Below, in pieces: positions 58,496 through 64,000 of a DNA stretch of 64,000 nt. Source of the stretch: Eledone cirrhosa (Eukaryota); the NCBI GenBank assembly GCA_964016885.1, contig OZ024741.1, positions 48,794,001 to 48,858,000 of the forward strand, written 5' to 3'. The notes under the pieces were generated by a model. The model did not search any database. It was not told where the DNA came from and worked only from the letters and a program-made list of their open reading frames with translations. A program made the translations under genes and the position numbers. Positions within the stretch are counted from its first letter, which is position 1, and each line of letters begins with the position of its first letter.

Positions 58496-58778
58496 ACAAT
58501 CACTACACAACACGCCACCTCTCTCAGCTATACGAAACTTTAAAGATCTTCAGAGTAGATATGGGTAAATTAATATTTCTCACTCTCTCCTCTCAATCTC
58601 TTTCTCCATCTCTATCCCCCTCTCTCTCCCTACACACACACACACACATATATATATATACAATACACACACGCATATATATATATATATATATCATATA
58701 ACGAAGGAGTTGTGGTAAAGAACAAGAAGGACCATAACGCACCAGAGTACTCAATACTTAGGGTGGTAGAGTGGGTAT

Positions 58779-58899
58779 TAGGAAAAAGTATGACCCCGAC
58801 GGCAGAGCTCAAGCCGTTTCGACGGCTATTTCTGGACTTAGTCCAGAAATAGCCGTCGAAACGGCTTGAGTTCTGCCGTCGGGGTCATACTTTTTCCTA
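58779..58899. repeat. 121-bp near-perfect palindrome with hammerhead-like 3' half
   Basis: 60-bp arms, 1-nt centre at 58839, one mismatch. Confidence 0.9.
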
Positions 58900-59131
58900 T
58901 ATATATCATATATATATAATATATATATACAATATATACACACACACATATATATATATACAGTTTTATCTATACATACACACACACACACATCTAAATC
59001 CATGTTTGAGTCTTCTCACTCTGGTGTTTCACAGGGTCACCAGACAAGACTAAAGCGTATAACAAGCGTTAAACTGTAATATATCTTCATATATATATAT
59101 ATGTATGTATATATATAAATATATGTATTTA

Positions 59132-59188
<57 letters not shown>

Positions 59189-59285
59189 AAATGGGGAGAA
59201 GAATACTGCAGGTTGCACATGGATAACATGTAATAAAATGAGTCCCTCATCAGTGATTTGCCGACGATCATAGATATTTCATTGC

Positions 59286-59332
<47 letters not shown>

Positions 59333-59344
59333 ATATAAATATAT

Positions 59345-61204
59345 ATTTATTAAAATAACAGATTAAAGTTTAAGCAAAGAATCGCTGCTTTCACCCTTAA
59401 CGGGATCTTCTGAAACTAACAAAGTCAATCTGTAAACGCAGAACTGGATATTTCAAAAAACGTTGCAACCGGAGGAAGACAGGAAGACGATACTTTGGTT
59501 CGTGGAAACGTTCGCTGGCAAAGAACGGGAAAAAACGAATATAATACGTCATTAATAGGAGCAGTGAAAAACAATACGCGCAAAGACAGAACCACGTTTA
59601 TAGTATAATAGAGGTCGTAGACTAATGTTCTCTTCGGTGGTGCATAGAGACGTTCTCTGGCGATGGACGAAAAAAACGAAGATAATACGTCATATGTGGA
59701 GCGTGGAGAACAATAGCACGCAAAGACAAAACCACGTAAATGGTATAGCAGAATTCGTAGTCTAAATTCTAACTAGGTGACCGAATGAATCTCCGCTACG
59801 GAGTTAAGAACAAAGTAAATAAATACAATACAGAAGTAATAGAAATAAATAAATACATACACGCAAACAGAAACGTACATGCACAAGCATACTCAAAAAC
59901 TTACCATAGGTAAACAAAACCACGCACATATAAATATGTGTGTGTGTAAGCGTGTATACAAATAAATAAATAATTATATAAACGTATATAAATAAATAAA
60001 TACGTATATAACAAGCGCACACACATACCTACATGTAAATACACGAATGTTCGGACACGTAAGTCAACCAAAACATGAAGTACACATATACACACGCCCT
60101 ACATACGTACGAACCTGCATACTCACACAGACGCAAAACTCCCGTATACACATAGTCGAACCATATGTACCAGAATATATAAAAAAATTATACGCCATAA
60201 CAATCAAATATACGTACGAGAAGGTATACGTACCTTCACAAAACATACGGATAATATATACTTACCTATGCAAATAAGTAAAGGTATAAACAAAACATAT
60301 ACTTAGCTCCCACATCGAGACGTAAAATATCCACGTATAGATCGTACTATCCGTTAGGGTATAACGTGGGGCTGTAATACAGGAAAGTTTTGTGCAATTT
60401 ATGTTTACAAGCCGAAATTGCCTCAGATTTTTTATTTAAGATGTGGTCTGTGGCGTAGAGTATTTCCAGGGCCTCAGCGGCGCAGAGTTCACATGGTCTT
60501 TTATTTCCGTTATACGATCTAGCCCTAGCTAGGATCTCCCAGTGTAACTTATATTGGGTGTGGTTGTCTTTTAGACTCCAGATATAAGCTGAAAGTGACG
60601 TCATATTCCTTCTTAGAGGGTAACGAAAAGAATGGGTATGCATGTAAAGACGCTGCTTGAATCTATTGGCGGTTAACCCTATGTAGGCCCTACGGGACGT
60701 GGGTGTTACAACCTTACATTTGTAGACAATGTTACTAGAGAGGCATTTACCGGATAGGGGGCAATCAACCCGATTCCTACAATTACAGTTAGTACTAACT
60801 ACAGGGTTGCACGTGTTCCTACGGCTAGGTAGTTTAGCTAAATTTGAAGCTGTGATGTTATGTGCAAGGTTAGGAGTCGTAGAGTAAGAAATTTTAATAG
60901 TATTTCTATTAAAAATTTTACTATATTTATGTGTAGGGGGAAAATGCTTCGTAATAAGGGAAAGAAAGATCTTAGCTAATGGTGTGGCCACCTCCATATT
61001 ATATGGTGGGTTATACCAACAAATGCGACGGGATCTATTTCTTCTAGGTCTATTTTCGTACTCTGTATATGCTACCTTATCGACAAATCCACTTCGAGCA
61101 AGAGCTTCATTGTAATAAGTGGAATGGTCGTTGAAAATACGCTCGTTGGTGGAAAGACGGGAAAGAAATACTATTAAAATTTCTTACTCTACGACTCCTA
61201 ACCT
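59345..61204 (-). mobile_element. 5'-truncated Penelope-like element (GIY-YIG endonuclease end plus probable 3' UTR)
   Basis: ORF 60347-60997 with CNCx5CPxxGxC linker, NIVY...YIG and CELC; the reading frame continues upstream towards ~61160; 3' boundary uncertain. Confidence 0.8.
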
Positions 61205-61224
61205 AAATATATATTAAAGGAAAA

Positions 61225-62350
61225 TTTTTTGAGGTTGTTGAATCTTCATATACCTTGGTAGCTCTGTTAATAAAAACGGTTCTTTGGACACAGAAATACC
61301 CTTGAGAATTCAAAGGGCTGCAAAATATTTTGGAAATTTAGAATCTCGTGTGTTTCTGAATACAAATCTTTGGTGCTGTCTTCTCTTCTTTATTCTTGTG
61401 TGACCTGGACATGCTTTAACCGCCATATAAAGCTACTTAAAAGATTTCACCCAAAATGTTTGCACTGAATCCTGAAAATTCCAGGGAACTTCTTCACGGC
61501 AGACATTGATGTTCTAGCTGCTGCTGCCGATATTCCTTCAAGTCAATCTTTAATCTTGAGAAATCAACTCATTGTGTACTCCAAAACGGTTGTTTTATGG
61601 TGAACTTGTTCATGGAAATGGAAGCAGTGCAAACCCAGGAAAAGGTTCTAGGATGCACTGAAGGAACGTTTGAAAAACAGCTTGAAGTTTTGGCAGCAGA
61701 TCGAAATAATTGGCGTTCAAAAGTATGTGTGTGTGTGTGACAGCTCACACCTATGCAGGTTTAGCTGGCCTCCTCCAAGGTATATCTCGTTGGGGGTGTC
61801 TTGGGTAATTTAATGATAGGGATCTCAGTCCTATTATCTCATTTCTACAGCTGAGTAAACTGGAGCAACGTGAAATAAAGTGTCTTGCTCAAGAAAACAA
61901 CACATCACTCGGTCCGAGAATTGAACTCACAATTCGATTGCAAGCCCAATGCTCTAACCACTAAGCCATGCGCCTTCAAAAGTATGGGATGGTATGAAAG
62001 GTTTTGTGGAACACAGAATAAAACATACTAATCTAACACGTAAAATCCGGAAAAAGCAGATAGTTTCAGAACCTGACCATAGTGCTTTGTTTCGTCTTGT
62101 GAAATTTGTGACAAAATATTCCTATCTGTTACCGGCCATAAATCCCACACCAGAGTACACAACAATCAGTCGCATATTGATTATAGCAGCTACTTGCCAG
62201 TACACCTTAATCAATGCCATATCGGCAATATTTGTAAAAGACAGGAATGTTTAAAGAGACATGTTAAAGTACATCAAGTGCAGGCACCACAGTCGTTGCC
62301 AAAACTTTCCTGTGATTTGTGTGACCAGCTTGGTGCGTTCATACCTGGTC
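61225..62350 (+). mobile_element. Degenerate BovB-like RTE 3' region with nested SINE
   Basis: YLGSSVNKNGSLDTEIPLRIQRAAKYFGNLESRVF, KPRKRF*DALKE and zinc-finger remnants near 62200-62340. Confidence 0.65.
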
Positions 62351-63652
62351 TAAAATGTAGTATATTTAGTTTGATTTGTAATTATTTATGTAACTAGCCG
62401 ATAAATCTTTCGATTTCTTCTTTTTATTTTTATTTTAAACATTCTTCATGGAAAATTAAACTACCCTAAAAGTTGATGCTCCAAATATATCGAATAAATG
62501 TTACACTAGATAAACTTCTATATTAAATATAAGAACATATGTAGACCAAATGGGTATCCTAAACTTTTGAAATGATTTCTGCTAGACGTGATTTGGTAAA
62601 TAATTTTTAGTTTTATCTGTTTTCGACTCTGATGCTTATAATGAACTTGGCAATATATTGTCAATTAATTTTGAAGGGTTGATCTTTGTGGTCGATTTGC
62701 GTGGCATACTATGTTTTTATTTTAATATTTTTTAATATTTTTAATATTTTTATTTTTAATATGTAATATATTTTTTTGTTTTCTGTTTTATTTATTTATT
62801 ATTATTTATTATTTATTATTTTTTGTTTTTGTTTCTGATATTTTTATTAATATATTGAAATCTGTTCTCTATTTCTGCTTGATAGATAATCATGTAGAGT
62901 AAAGACAAGAATAGTATTGTTAAAATTAATATAGACTCTATATATATGTGTATATATACACATATATGTATACTTAAATTTTTATAGCACAATGAGAATG
63001 TTCTCCGTATGAAATAGGGGTTTGCAGAGTTGATCACGTAAATTCACATCGATGTTTGTAGTTATCATATAAACATATGAATTTTTAAAACTAGACATAA
63101 GATCATTACTTTTCACACATTATAGATACGTGTCTCATTCATGAATACTGATATTTACATTATAGTGCCTGTTTTTTATACGAACTAATATTTCTACATT
63201 GAAACATAGGGTTTTAAAATTCTGCCTCGCCTATGTCTGGTTACTTTTCATTTTTTCTCTATATATAACGGCTGGTTTCTCTCCTAACCACATATATCTC
63301 CCTTACATTAATACTAGAGCTAAATAAATAAATAAATAAATGTATCATTGATACGTCATTCAACGGATGTTCAACTACCTACTTTTCTCTATATATATCT
63401 ATCTCTATCTATTTCCTCTCTCTATATATCTCTCTCTGTTTCTTTACATGAAGTTCTTCTCTTTATCTATCTTTCCATCTCTCTATTTAGTTGCATGCAT
63501 TTCTTCTTTTTCCTCGTTTTCTTTCTTTCTTTCCTTCTTTCTTTCTTTCTTTCTTTCTGTTTACAATTTTTCACTGCCAAATCAACTTTTCAAATACAAG
63601 TCGATGTTGAACGGTATGTCAAATCTATTTATTTATAAAACTGTCTATATTG

Positions 63653-63718
63653 TATTTTGTCTGAAGAAGGCATAACATATTGTTAATATGATATCCCTGA
63701 AATATATATAATGAAATA
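63653..63718 (+). ncRNA. Candidate minimal type I hammerhead ribozyme
   Basis: Stem I TATTTTGT/ATGAAATA (two G-U pairs), CTGAAGA, imperfect stem II, GAAA, 2-bp stem III with ATAT loop, UA cleavage site. Confidence 0.5.
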
Positions 63719-64000
63719 AATATGGTTTTATAAATATAGTTTCCATTGATTTAATATCGTATATATATATATATATATATATGTAGAAGTTCTATTTAAA
63801 TTGTTGGGATACAACAAGCAAATATTTTTATAACTGATATAAAGCACTCAACAAATTATTGGAGTAAAAATACGATATATTAACAAATGGAAACTATATT
63901 TATAAAACCATATTTATTTAATTATACATATTTCAAGGACACCAAGTTAAATTATGGTGTGCTTTCATCAGATAAAATATAATATAAATCAGTTTTATAA

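Overview
AT-rich eukaryotic, repeat-dense DNA; the SINE/LINE families suggest a coleoid cephalopod such as Octopus (inference). Positions ~815-27800 are a nest of (TA)n-derived satellite arrays holding 11 non-LTR retroelement copies from four RTE-type families. One copy has an intact 1039-aa APE+RT ORF with a PHD-type C4HC3 zinc finger inside the RT. Just downstream are the last three coding exons of a SUMO1 gene (+); I could not find its first exons in the window, so the nest may lie in a SUMO1 intron. The right half is a patchwork of old TEs: non-autonomous Helitrons, a decayed RepHel gene, Meta- and CORE-type SINEs, TTAA MITEs, a HERO-like fragment, a Penelope-like GIY-YIG fragment with hammerhead-like motifs, and two candidate exons of a convergent gene. 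The long YIYI/VCVC/THTH ORFs are microsatellite artefacts. All calls come from reading the sequence by eye; no searches were run.
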